Assembly (NCBI GenBank): GCA_965248755.1
Contig: OZ252149.1
Location: 4,320,001-4,384,000 of the forward strand
From: Candidatus Latescibacterota bacterium
GTDB taxonomy: Bacteria; Latescibacterota; CBDEFO01
DNA: 64,000 bases
Direction: 5' to 3'
Below the pieces are notes generated by a model, which was not told the origin of the DNA, made no database searches, and saw only the letters and a program-made list of their open reading frames with translations. The position numbers were made by a program, and so were the translations under genes. Shown here in pieces: positions 50,336-61,319 of the stretch (position 1 is the stretch's first letter; every line of letters starts with the position of its first letter).

Positions 50336-51457
50336 TCAGGGTTCGATCACGACCTTGATCACATCCTCAGTGCCCGTTATCTTTATTCCTTCCTCTAAAT
50401 CGTCCAATTTCATCTGATGCGTCACGAACTCTTCTAAACGGACATCTGTCTTCTGGAGGAAGGACAGGGCCGTCTTAAACTGCATGGGCGGATACGCCCA
50501 TACGCCTAAGATGTCCACGTCTTTATTGCAGACAACGTGAGGTCTTATTTCAACTCCTCCGGGGTCTGTGTAGTGCCCCAACTCTACCAATTTACCCCCT
50601 CTTCTGACCATGTCCAGACCCTCTTTGAAGGCCCCTGGCACACCCGCGCACTCTATCACAACATCTGCCCCTACTCCTTCTGTCAGTTCTTTCACAGCTT
50701 TCGTGCGCTCTTCTTCTGAAAGCTCTGAGGCGTTTATGGTGTAATCTGCGCCCATCTTCTTTGAAGCTTTCAATCTGTCCTCGCTGAAATCCAAAGCGAT
50801 TATGTTTCCGGCCCCTGTGTGCTTCAGGACGGCCACAACCAGAAGCCCTATCGGCCCGACGCCTATAACAGCGGCACTTTTGCCTATGCCGTAACCCTCG
50901 CCTATATACGGAATCCCAACAGGATACGCCCTCTCCACAGCCCTGGTCGCCACGGCCGCAGGTTCGGTCAGTGCGGCGATATGATCGGGCATATCGTCAG
51001 GTATCTTAAATACATTCGATTTCGAATGCAGATACATAAACTCCGAAAATCCTCCACAAAGATGCGGCTCGCTTTCGCAGTTGGAAAAGCCATATATAGT
51101 TCTGTTGGGACATAGAAAGGGCTTGTGCGGTATATTAACACAGAAATAGCACTTTCCGCATCCTGTCGAACTGGGCGTCGTAGTTATGCGGTCGCCCTCT
51201 ACTAACGGACCGCCTACGACAGTCATAAGGTCGTTTGCCTTTTCTCCTATCGTTTCGACTGTCCCTGTAAGCTCGTGTCCAGGAATAACCGGAAAGTTCA
51301 AAGACGAATGTCCCAGATACATGTGCTTATCGCTCCCGCATATTCCGACTCGGTCGATTCTCAAAAGTATGGAATCGGCCTTTATATCCGGCTTTTTGAA
51401 GTCCTGAATTTCAATATTTCCCGGCTCCACCATAACGGCTGCTCTTACGTTCGACAT
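50336..51457 (-). CDS. Zinc-binding (MDR) dehydrogenase
   Basis: GICGSD, PGHE, CGKCYFC...C, GVGPIG. Confidence 0.92.
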   Translation of the reverse strand: MSNVRAAVMVEPGNIEIQDFKKPDIKADSILLRIDRVGICGSDKHMYLGHSSLNFPVIPGHELTGTVETIGEKANDLMTVVGGPLVEGDRITTTPSSTGCGKCYFCVNIPHKPFLCPNRTIYGFSNCESEPHLCGGFSEFMYLHSKSNVFKIPDDMPDHIAALTEPAAVATRAVERAYPVGIPYIGEGYGIGKSAAVIGVGPIGLLVVAVLKHTGAGNIIALDFSEDRLKASKKMGADYTINASELSEEERTKAVKELTEGVGADVVIECAGVPGAFKEGLDMVRRGGKLVELGHYTDPGGVEIRPHVVCNKDVDILGVWAYPPMQFKTALSFLQKTDVRLEEFVTHQMKLDDLEEGIKITGTEDVIKVVIEP

Positions 51458-51470
51458 CTTGCAATCCTTT

Positions 51471-52034
51471 TTAAGGGTTCTGTCTTACTACATTCATTGT
51501 TTCTATCTTATCTATAACTTTGAAACAGTACTCCTTTGATGGACAGAGGAGATTTCGCCAATCGGGGTCATCGTACATTTGCTTCAACCTATCTGCCTTG
51601 AAGAACTCTATCTTTGAAATCTCCTCGTTCTGAATTTCAAATCGGTCTATCTTCCAGTCAAGGTTTAGAAAATAGACTTTTTGGAACTCCCTGTCCAATA
51701 TTCCCTTGGACTCATCGTATTCCTGTACGCTGTGTTTCCACAGAAACGTCAGCTCCTCCAGGTCGGCTTCCACTCCTAACTCCTCCTCTACCTCCCTTAT
51801 AGCCGCCCTTTCGTAGTCCTCGCCCGCTTTCAGGTGTCCCGCTGAGGATACGTCCCACAGATTCGCAAATGTATCTTTATCTGGAGATCTTTTCTGAAGG
51901 AGTATCTCTCCCTTATAGTTCAAGATCCATACATTGGATACTCTATGCCAATTGCCATCATTATGGACGTGACTTTTCAATTTGATTTCAATAAGATTAT
52001 CGTTTTCGTCTACTACGTCTATGTACTCGTCCAT
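51471..52034 (-). CDS. NUDIX hydrolase (IDI-like)
   Basis: WHR, LLQKRS-K, AGH-AGE-AAIREVEEELG; start taken at ATG 52034. Confidence 0.88.
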   Translation of the reverse strand: MDEYIDVVDENDNLIEIKLKSHVHNDGNWHRVSNVWILNYKGEILLQKRSPDKDTFANLWDVSSAGHLKAGEDYERAAIREVEEELGVEADLEELTFLWKHSVQEYDESKGILDREFQKVYFLNLDWKIDRFEIQNEEISKIEFFKADRLKQMYDDPDWRNLLCPSKEYCFKVIDKIETMNVVRQNP

Positions 52035-52244
52035 AATTATCCTTCGTTCATCCGTAAGATAAAAACCTACACCTGCTAAGATAAACTCTATCCAGAGGGG
52101 AGTCAAGGGCTTTTTGCCCGTCCTGTTCAGTCTTAAGGATTAATTATGCTTGACAGTCTTATGCTTGGTTAATTATCTTGGATGGTGAACCTATGTCGAA
52201 TAGAATTTGGCAATGCTGAAAGGTTGAAAGAGAGGAGGAGTGTG

Positions 52245-55200
52245 ATGAGCTTCCGCGACTGGGCCAAAAATGCTTTCTTGCTGATAGCAGTTTTGTCGAT
52301 CGCTATTCCTCACCTCTCCTACAGCCGGACGATCACCGTATCCCCCATCGGGGTAGCCGATTATCCGACCATCGGTCAGGCTATCGCGACAGCTTTGTCG
52401 GGGGATACCATTCGGGTCAGCCCCGCGACGTATCGGGAGTCGGTGGGGTTGAAGTCGGGTGTGGTGGTGTTGGGAAATGGCTACGAGAATACCCGCATTG
52501 AGATAGACATTCTGGCCAATCCTGTGTACGCTGTGAACGTCTCGCATGCCAAGATCTCAGGCTTTACCCTCGCCTACACGGGCACCGAGATACCAGCTAC
52601 GGTCTATGTCCAGTCCTCCCGGGTGACGATCTCCAATTGCCGGATTCTCAACACTACAGTTTCGGGGGTCTACGCTATAGAGGAATCCGAAGTGACTGTA
52701 GAAGGCTGTATTGTGGAACAGAACGAAGGCCACGGCGTTGTCACATCTGGCGGTTCGAAGGGGAGTATTCGGGACAGTCAGATCCAGGACAACCAGGTAG
52801 ATGGGCTTTTTTTCGGCGGAGCGTCGTTTGGAGAGGTAACGGGGAACACTGTGACCGGGAATGGAGCCAACGGGGTTGAGGTGATTGGAGCGGGACCAGT
52901 GACGATGTCCGGCAACGTGACCTCGGGCAACACCTATGCTGGTATCCGAGCAGCAGACACCTCGCAAGTGGACGTTCGGGGGAACACGACAGTGGAGAAT
53001 GGGACGTATGGGATATTGGTTCAGTCAGGGAGCGTGGCCTCCATCGTGGACAATATTGTGGTCTGGAATTCGATTGGTGGTATCTACACGAAGGGCGGAG
53101 AGGCAGGGGATGGGATCATCTCGGAGATCGGTTACAACGATGTCTGGGACAACGGCGTCACGGTTCAAATGACCGGCAACTTATCCAACTACCAGGGTTT
53201 TCAGGCGCCGGCAGAGGACATGTCCGTCAACCCTTTCTTTTTAGACGATGCGGCAGGGGACTATCGCCTGCGGTCCAATTCGACCCTGATCGGTGCGGGA
53301 AGGGACGGAGGGACCGTCGGCGCACTGGGCATTGTGTCCCCTGAAGAGGAAAGTGCCGTCCCTTCACCGGTCTTCATCCGGGCGTTTCCTGACACTGCCT
53401 ACTGGACGCTGCTGCAGGGACAGGCCTGGCTGAGCGTGGATATCTACATCATGGTGGGGAACCTCGTCAGCTTTATACCGGACGAAGTGGAAGTGAGGTT
53501 CTTCGGGGAGGACGGGGGTATCGTCGTGTCAGAACGCATCCCGGCCTCGGACTTCAGAGCGACATCTGCTGTAATCGAGACGGATGTGACGAACCTTTAG
53601 ATGGTGTGGGATGCGACGCTGACAGAGCTGAAATCCGCAACGCCACTGGAGGTTCCCCCAGGAGGACGGGACGTTTTTCTTCCCAAAGAGCACCCCTTTC
53701 CCCAGGCCGATCTCCCCGTGAGAGCTGAGTACGTAGTCCGGGGGCAGGAGGGGGGCAGAACCGTAGAACTGGTGCGCGAAGTCGTCCCTGAAATCTACCG
53801 TCAGCGCACTGACCTTCGCTTCCCCATGCGCGGGGGTGGATGGCAGGTCATCGCTGGTCCCCCTCAGGACAATCACCGGCACCGTGCGACAACTTTCCGG
53901 GGCAGAACCCTGGCGATGCCCGGCCGCTACGCGATGGACATCTGGAGGAGCTACCGGGGGCTTTATCGGACCGATGGACTCACCAAGGAGGACTACTGGG
54001 GGTACGGGGCTCCCATGTATGCACCGGGGGTCGGCCGTGTCGTCTTTGTGAGGAAGGACGCAGATGAGCCGGCCTTCGGAGAGGAGATTCCCGGGGGTGA
54101 GTCCAACACCGTCGTGATCGACCACCAGAACGGCGAGTACAGCTTTATGCTCCATCTTAAGAAGGGCTCGGTAGCGGTAGAGGTCGGACAGTGGGTGGAA
54201 CAAGGCGATCTCATAGGGGCGCTGGGCAATTCGTTCGACAGGTGGAACGTCCCCCACCTCCACTTTGAGGTCAGGGACAGCTACATTTGGCCGGGTGAGG
54301 GCCTTCCGGTGGCCTTCACCGGAGGAAGGATCCTGGGCACGGAGATTCAGGATGGCATGCTATTCAGTGGGGCTTTCTTTGAGGAGGAATCCCTCGGGCC
54401 GGTTCTCCACGTGGCGGCAGACGGGAGTGCGGACTACAGGACCATTAGTGACGCGATGGACGTGGCTGTCATGGGTGATACAGTGCGGGTAGCTCCGGGC
54501 ACATATCGGGAGACTGTATGGTTGAAGTCCGGGGTGGTGGTGCTGGGAAGTGGCTACGAAGGTACCCGCATAGAGATAGACATTCTGGCCAACCCTGTAT
54601 ACGCCGTGAACGTCTCAGATGCCAAGATCTCCGGCTTTACCCTCGCCTACACCGGCACGGAGTCACCGGTCACGGTCTTTGTCGACTCCTCCCAGGTGAC
54701 GGTCGCCAACTGCCGGATTACCAACACCACTGTTTCAGGGGTCTACGCCGTGAATGGATCTAAAGTGACCGTCGAAGGGTGTCTTGTGGAACAGAATAAG
54801 GGTTTTGGTATTGCCATATATGGTGGTTCGGAGGGGTATATCTGGGACAATCAGATCCGGGATAATCGGTTGAATGGGGTTGTCTATGCCGAAGCGTCCT
54901 TTGGGCAGCTGATGGGGAACACTATCACCGGGAATAAGGCCAACGGACTGGTGATCGCTGGTGCCGGAGCGGTGACCGTTACCGGCAACGTGCTTGCGCG
55001 AAACAGCTGGGCGGGCATCATAAGTCTTACGGAGTCCGAATTGGAGGTTCGGGGAAACACGATCGTGGAGAACGGGACGTATGGGATTTTGGTTCTGTCG
55101 AGGAGTGTGGCTTCCATCGTAGACAATATCGCGGCCAGCAATCTGATCGGGATTTCCATACAGGGCGGCGAAGAGGGAGATGGCGTCGTCTCAGAGATCG

Positions 55201-56267
55201 GGTACAATGATGTATGGAATAACCGGGGTGGAAACTACTTAGGGTTTACTTCTACCCCTGAGTTGGATCTCTCCGTAGACCCACGATTCGTCAATGCGGA
55301 GGCCGGCGATTACCACTTATGGCGCGACTCTCCTCTACTTGGAGCCGGACAAGCCGGGGGTACAATCGGAACGTTCGGTATTCTGGAGGCCAGACGTCTG
55401 CCGGGAGACGTGACGGACAATGGTGTGGTAACAGCCTACGATGCTGTCCATATTCTCCAACACACAGTGGGACTGCTGACGTTGACCGGTGAGGATTCTG
55501 TAGTTGCAGATGTGAGTGGCGACACCACCATCTCTGCGTACGATGCTTCACTGGTGCTGCAATATGTAGTCGGACAAATCTCTCGTCTCCCTGTGAGGGG
55601 AGGACAGACAACAAAGGTAGCATATGCCACTCGGACGGTCCGGATGGGTGAGATGAAGGCGTTGTCGAATGGACGGATGTGTCTGCCCATCTTGATAGAC
55701 GAGATGGACGCTGTAGTCGCTGGAGAGATGACGCTGTCCATTGAGGAAAATGGAGGAAATGTGACAGTCAGAAGGACGCACTTGACTCCTGGCTATCTGC
55801 TTGCCAGCAACGTCCAGAACGGTAGTATCAGAGCATCGTTTGCCGGAGCCGAGTTGAGTACCGGCTCAGGGCCGGTGCTGGAGGTGGTGTCGGACGCAGG
55901 ACTCCTTAGTACCCTGAGGCTGGAGCGTGTGTCGCTGAACGAAGGGAGGATACCAGTCCGGATCGAGGGAGTCAAATCTGAGACACCCACAGTGTATCGG
56001 CTCAGTCAAAACTATCCAAATCCGTTCAACCCCCATACGGTGATCTATTACGAGCTTCCTGTTCAAAGCCATGTCGATATATCTGTCTATAATATGATAG
56101 GACAGAAGGTTGCAATACTGTTGGATAAAGGGATAGAAGTAGGTACCTACTCTTTAATCTGGGATGGCAAAGATGACAACGGAGAGGACCTTGCCAGCGG
56201 AGTCTATCTGTATCGGATAGAAGCGGATGGATTTGTGCAGACAAGGAAGCTGGTCTTGATGCGTTAG
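52245..56267 (+). CDS. Large secreted modular protein (beta-helix, M23 peptidase, beta-helix, dockerin, cohesin, FlgD/T9SS-like CTD) interrupted by an in-frame TAG at 53598-53600
   Basis: RBS aggagg and signal peptide at 52245; ORF 53601 starts immediately after the TAG in frame; RYAMD and PHLHF; GDVTDNG-AYDA and DVSGD-ISAYDA; QNYPNPFNP...RKLVLMR. Confidence 0.8.
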
Positions 56268-56300
56268 GCTTATTTCATAGTAGGAGATGAGGAGTGTAAA

Positions 56301-57161
56301 ATGAGCGGCATAGTCTCTACTTTCAAGAGAGGAGAAAACAAAATTGTAGTTTACAATTTGGATTGTATCGAGGGGATGAGAAGCAAGATAGAGAACGGTT
56401 CTGTAGATGTCGTTGTAACTTCCCCTCCGTATAACCTGGGCATCAGATATGAAAAGTACGATGATGCTGTGCCGAGGGAGAAATATCTAAGATGGATCGG
56501 AATCTGGGCTGGCGTCGTAAAGGAAATTCTCAGTGATAAAGGGTCTTTGTTCCTGAATATCGGATCGAAGCCCACCGACCCCTGTGTGCCCTTTGAAGTC
56601 CTATCCCAGATGAGAAAGCACTTTTTCCTGCAAAATGTGGTTCACTGGATAAAATCTATCGCTATACAAAAGGAGGACGTCGGTGACTACCCGGGAATCA
56701 GCAGCAATGTGTCTATCGGACACTATAAGCCTCTAAATAGCAATAGATTCATCAACGACTGCCACGAGTACATCTTTCACCTGACCAAAAATGGCGATGT
56801 AGAATTAGATAGATTATCTATAGGAGTTGAGTACCAGGACAAGTCTAATATCGGGCGGTGGGACTCTGCGAAGGAAGACAGAAGGTGCAGAGGCAACACC
56901 TGGTTTGTGCCCTATAAGACGATAAGGGATAGAGCAAAGCAGAGGCCTCATCCGGCTACGTTCCCCGTAAGGATCCCTAAAATGTGTATTATGTTGCATG
57001 GGGTTGAGCGGACTCGCATTGTGGTCGATCCTTTTGTCGGGATCGGTAATTCTGCCCTTGCGTGCATAGAACTCGGTGTTGACTTTGTGGGATTTGAAAT
57101 CGACCAGGCGTATTATGAAGAAACATGCATGGCGATGGAGAATGTGACAGAGAACGCTTAA
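56301..57161 (+). CDS. Site-specific DNA methyltransferase (N4-C/N6-A, beta class)
   Basis: VTSPPYN, HPATFP, DPFVGIG, GFEID. Confidence 0.9.
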   Translation: MSGIVSTFKRGENKIVVYNLDCIEGMRSKIENGSVDVVVTSPPYNLGIRYEKYDDAVPREKYLRWIGIWAGVVKEILSDKGSLFLNIGSKPTDPCVPFEVLSQMRKHFFLQNVVHWIKSIAIQKEDVGDYPGISSNVSIGHYKPLNSNRFINDCHEYIFHLTKNGDVELDRLSIGVEYQDKSNIGRWDSAKEDRRCRGNTWFVPYKTIRDRAKQRPHPATFPVRIPKMCIMLHGVERTRIVVDPFVGIGNSALACIELGVDFVGFEIDQAYYEETCMAMENVTENA

Positions 57162-57200
57162 TTAAGGCAGTTTTGAACTCAAGGAAAAAGGAGAGGTGCT

Positions 57201-57842
57201 ATGGATAAGATCAAAACTTTGCTATTTACGGGCGGAGAGACCCACGACTTCAAAGGCTGTGGAGGGGCTATTGAGGAAGGACTGATAGGAGCTGGGCATT
57301 TCGACATCACCAAGGTGGAGGATGATATGTCCGCGCTGGAAGCTCCCAATCTGGATCCGTACGACCTCATAGTCTTCTTTTACACTGGGGGGGAAATCTC
57401 CGATGCGCAGAAGAACGGTCTCTTAAACTTCGTAGCCAGTGGGAAAGGATACGCCGGCGTTCACCCGGCGGCTGACTCTTTCCGCGAGTGTCCGGAGTAT
57501 CGGGCTATGCTCGGCGGTCACTTTATCACGCATCCCAAGTTTCGAGGGTATCAGGTGAGCATCGTGGACACGGAGAATCCCATCACAGAGGGGTTGGACG
57601 AGTTCATGGTTGATGATGAGCAGTATATCTTAAGTTATGACTCGAGAGTGAACGTTCTATGCTCCGCACTCTGGGAGGGTAGGACTATGCCCGTCGCCTG
57701 GACCAAGGAGTGGGGGAAAGGCCGCGTATTTTACCTGGCTCTGGGACACAATCCCGATGCGTGCCGACACGAGATGTTCAAGCTTCTGCTCCAGCGCGGG
57801 GCCCTCTGGGCGGGAACTGTACCTTCTAATGACCCAGCGTAG
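57201..57842 (+). CDS. ThuA-like domain protein
   Basis: GG-THDF, GVHPAADS, DEQY, WGKGRVFY-ALGH. Confidence 0.88.
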   Translation: MDKIKTLLFTGGETHDFKGCGGAIEEGLIGAGHFDITKVEDDMSALEAPNLDPYDLIVFFYTGGEISDAQKNGLLNFVASGKGYAGVHPAADSFRECPEYRAMLGGHFITHPKFRGYQVSIVDTENPITEGLDEFMVDDEQYILSYDSRVNVLCSALWEGRTMPVAWTKEWGKGRVFYLALGHNPDACRHEMFKLLLQRGALWAGTVPSNDPA

Positions 57843-57887
57843 AACTGAATCAAAGGGTGATAAGAAGACACAAGGTGGGGGACAGCC

Positions 57888-57956
57888 TTGAAATCCAAAG
57901 CGATGGTGTTAGAGGAGTTCAACCAGCCTCAGTCCTTGAAAATGGTCGAAAATTGA
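57888..57956 (+). pseudogene. Truncated N-terminus of a Zn-dependent dehydrogenase
   Basis: MKSKAMVLEEFNQPQSLKMVEN* behind a G-rich RBS. Confidence 0.45.
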
Positions 57957-57993
57957 GAGACGATTAAGGCTGTCTTTGTGTGAATAATATCAT

Positions 57994-58446
57994 TTAACAA
58001 TTATCCTCATCATCTTTCACTACTGTGCCGCTGAATATCTCCTTTACAAGATGTATCTTTTTCAACTCCTTGGGAGTTATCTTGAAGCTCACAAGGCGCC
58101 TGCATTCGTCCACTGTATAAGTGGGATCTGGCGCCACATCTTTGGTCTGATCCTCCCTTGCCACGATCCATATATGCTGCTTTAGGACCTTTGAGTAGAC
58201 TTTTAATATCAGACCCTTTTCCTCGATCTCTGAAAGATTCACATCAGAAGTCTCCACAATCTCAACCTCCGATGTCTCCTCATTACGCGTATTCAACTTT
58301 CTTTCTAATCTTGTAAGGCAGACGCGCGGGCGTCCCTGACAATTTGGGGGAACCACTTCGTGGCTTGTTGCCACCACCTCACCCACCTCTCCCACTTCAT
58401 GGCTCCTTGGCACATCTCCCCCTGCATTGCCACATGGCTTTGCCAC
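57994..58446 (-). CDS. Hypothetical protein
   Basis: Plausible C-terminal domain (VYSKVL-IWIV...YT-E-L...LKKIHLVKEIFSG); start uncertain. Confidence 0.45.
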   Translation of the reverse strand: MAKPCGNAGGDVPRSHEVGEVGEVVATSHEVVPPNCQGRPRVCLTRLERKLNTRNEETSEVEIVETSDVNLSEIEEKGLILKVYSKVLKQHIWIVAREDQTKDVAPDPTYTVDECRRLVSFKITPKELKKIHLVKEIFSGTVVKDDEDNC

Positions 58447-58793
58447 TACTACCTTTTCACACGTGTCCCGTCAACATGATTCTCAATTCAGGCTAAGGGA
58501 TTTATACAAATGTTAATATACAAAAAAGCAGGATCTAAGTCAACAAAGAGTCGAGCTCATGCAGTTGCCAGTATTCAGATTGTTTAGCTTCGGTCTTAGG
58601 TCATACCAGGTGTTGAAAAGCCCGAAGCAATTTCAAAGGCTTTCCGGTGCTTCTTATGAAAACTGAATTGCCGCTGACAAAGAGTCAATAGGGTTGAATC
58701 GGAAGCTACTTGTTAATAGGGGAAAACCACTTGACTTTCTTGCAAAAAGACCTTTTTATAAAGGAACCGTAATGTTAGTCCTGATGCAGATCT

Positions 58794-59648
58794 TTGCAAT
58801 CGGAACTTATCTTGTTGAAGGGGAAAAAAGAGTTGGACAAGCCAATTACAAGCTTTAGAAATCCGTATATCAAATTCATACGCTCTTTAAAGCTGAAGAA
58901 ATACAGAGATAAAGAGAAAAGATTTTTTATTGAAGGGATCAGGATAGTAGCGGCAGCAGCAAAATTTAACGCCCCTGTGGAATCTTTGATCTTCTGTCCT
59001 GCAAAGCTGGAAAGCCTGAGAGCTATCGCTTTAGTTGAGAGTTTAAGAAAAGAGGGCATAAAGACAGTATCTGTGGAGGAAGATCTCTTCGGGAAGCTCT
59101 CAGAGCGGGAAAACCCACAGGGGATAGGTGCTGTAGTCCGCCAATGGGAAACCCGATTGGATCAGATCGTCGTCAGTGGATGTCCTCTCATTGTAGTGAT
59201 TGATGGCGCTGAAGGGCCTGGGAATTTAGGCACGATAATACGCACGGCTGATGGAGCTGGGGCGTCAGGAGCAATTGCCTCCGGGCAGATGGTAGACCTC
59301 TACAATCCCGCCACTATTCGATCCAGTATGGGCTCTTTTTTCTCCCTTCCGGTCGTAACCTGCAAGGACAGAGCGAAGGCCTTTAAATGGCTCAAAGACA
59401 ACAAAATAGCCATCATCGCTACATCTCCGAACGCGGATGTCTGCTACTTCGACACAGACTATACGAAACCGACAGCAATATTGATGGGAAACGAAGCCAA
59501 AGGACTCGATAAGGAGGCTCTTGAGGGTGCCGATATAGTCGTTAAAATCCCGATGGCAGGGAGCACTGACTCCCTCAATGTCGCCGCTGCCTCCGCTGCA
59601 GTCATTTACGAAGCTGTGAGACAGAGGTTGAAAGGGCGACAGGCCTAA
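58794..59648 (+). CDS. TrmH/SpoU family RNA methyltransferase
   Basis: PGNLGTIIRTA, RSSMG, GNEAKG, IPM-G-SLNVA. Confidence 0.92.
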   Translation: MQSELILLKGKKELDKPITSFRNPYIKFIRSLKLKKYRDKEKRFFIEGIRIVAAAAKFNAPVESLIFCPAKLESLRAIALVESLRKEGIKTVSVEEDLFGKLSERENPQGIGAVVRQWETRLDQIVVSGCPLIVVIDGAEGPGNLGTIIRTADGAGASGAIASGQMVDLYNPATIRSSMGSFFSLPVVTCKDRAKAFKWLKDNKIAIIATSPNADVCYFDTDYTKPTAILMGNEAKGLDKEALEGADIVVKIPMAGSTDSLNVAAASAAVIYEAVRQRLKGRQA

Positions 59649-59671
59649 GCATATTAAAGGGACTTCCAAAC

Positions 59672-60694
59672 ATCCAGAGGATTTTAATCATACAGACGGC
59701 TTTTATAGGTGACGTTATTCTGACAACACCTCTTTTGAGAGCTGTCAAAGACAATTTCCCCAAAGCAAGGATTTCCTTCCTTTTGAATCCTACCACTGCT
59801 GAGATTGTAGAGACCAATCCCAATGTGGATGAACTAATCATATATGACAAAAGGGGCCGAGACAGGGGAATCCGGGGGATGTTCAGGATTATGCGTGTCC
59901 TTAAGAGCAAGAAGTTCGATCTGACTTTTATCCCGCACCGCTCCATAAGGAGCGCTTTCATAGCAAGAAGCGCTAACATACCAAAAAGAATTGGTTTTCA
60001 CAACAGCGCGGGATCGTTTCTTTACTCTGATGTTGTGGGGCACCGAAGTGGAGTCGGAGTCCATGAAATAGAACGCAATCTGGATCTTATCGCTATCTTC
60101 AAGGCAAGTATAGGGAGCACCAGACCTGAAATCTTTCCCGATGATAAAGATAAGAAGAGGGTCTCTGCGTTCTTGAAGGAGAGCCGGAAATCTCCTTCTA
60201 AACCGATTATAGCGGTTGCGCCTGGATCTGTGTGGGCAACCAAAAGGTGGCTATGTGATCGCTTTGCCGAGGTGTCGAATCGTCTTATCAAAGAAGAGGA
60301 TGCCCAGATAGTGTTGATCGGCGGTGCAGAGGACGAAAAGCTCTGCCGGCATATAGCCTCAAATATGGACTTTGCTCCTATAATAGCCGCAGGCAGGCTG
60401 ACACTTCGACAATCTGCTGAACTCTTGAAAAGGTGCCGCCTTCTCCTTTCCAACGACAGTGCCCCTGTTCATCTATCCTCAGCCGTAGGCACTCCAGTAG
60501 TCGCTATATTCGGACCTACAGTCAAAGACTTTGGATTCTACCCTTATGGAGAGAGAAATACAGTCGTTGAGATTGAACTCTACTGCCGCCCCTGCGGATC
60601 TCACGGAGGCAACAAGTGCCCGGAAGGTCACTTCAGGTGTATGAGAGAGATAACTGCAGATAAGGTTTTAGGCAGGATAAGAGACATCAAATAG
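59672..60694 (+). CDS. waaF: LPS heptosyltransferase II (GT9)
   Basis: RILIIQTAFIGDVILTTP lies in frame upstream of the tracked TTG; APGSVWATKRW, NDSAPVH, FGPT, CRPC; start uncertain. Confidence 0.85.
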   Translation: MQRILIIQTAFIGDVILTTPLLRAVKDNFPKARISFLLNPTTAEIVETNPNVDELIIYDKRGRDRGIRGMFRIMRVLKSKKFDLTFIPHRSIRSAFIARSANIPKRIGFHNSAGSFLYSDVVGHRSGVGVHEIERNLDLIAIFKASIGSTRPEIFPDDKDKKRVSAFLKESRKSPSKPIIAVAPGSVWATKRWLCDRFAEVSNRLIKEEDAQIVLIGGAEDEKLCRHIASNMDFAPIIAAGRLTLRQSAELLKRCRLLLSNDSAPVHLSSAVGTPVVAIFGPTVKDFGFYPYGERNTVVEIELYCRPCGSHGGNKCPEGHFRCMREITADKVLGRIRDIK

Positions 60695-60857
60695 GCCACA
60701 AGTTTCCCAGCTACACCGCAGATTCTGAAGGATTTAACTCATCAGTTTTCTCCAGGAAGTTCTCCGCCCGCTTCGCTACTTCGTGGTTTGCTAGCTCCCC
60801 AGCAAGGTGGCCACGCCACCCAGTGGATGGTTTGGTGCCATTTCGTGCCCCTTGCAA

Positions 60858-60904
60858 TCACCCCCTGTATCCCCCCTTGGTAAGGGCGGAATGAAAGGGG
60901 AGTG
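60858..60904. repeat. G/C-run palindrome (TCCCCCCTT-AAGGGCGGA), REP-like
   Basis: ccccctgta-tccccccttggtaagggcgga-atgaaagggg. Confidence 0.5.
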
Positions 60905-60956
60905 GCAGAAACGCACTAAGTACCCACGTCACCTTTTTGCGGCTTTGTCAAAAAGC

Positions 60957-61319
60957 ATGTATCAATCAATCTTGTTATTCTTCCTGACACTTGCTACAGG
61001 ATCGATATTAGATGGCAGCACGGCTCAGGTTGTAAGGAGAGAGCATCTCATGGTTGCCGACTTCTCAAATGTCGGAGAACCCGGTCAGTTCCCATCTGGA
61101 TGGGCTTCCAGGGGAGGAGACGGGATAGAGGTGTATCGCCTTGAATCTGAAGATGGTGATCTCTTTTTAAGAGCCGCATGCAAAGGGAAGTCCGTAACTA
61201 TCGGGCTTAAGTACAGAGTCAACCTGAGGATTCATCATATCTTGCAGTGGAGGTGGAGAGTCCACAAAATCCCTTCGTCCGCCGACGAACGAGAAAGGTG
61301 CTCTTTCAGGAGAGGGTAA
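60957..61319 (+). pseudogene. 5' fragment of a secreted DUF3047-like gene
   Basis: Signal peptide, PSGW, FLRA, ILQWRWRV-P-ADER, then abrupt end. Confidence 0.5.

Noticed and set aside
22648..57842. Genome-wide TAG reassignment
   Set aside because: TAG is the normal stop of rfaE1, accC, cmk, ldcA and the ThuA-like gene at expected protein lengths
57994..58446. Prophage or plasmid remnant
   Set aside because: A single hypothetical ORF with no integrase, att site or phage neighbours
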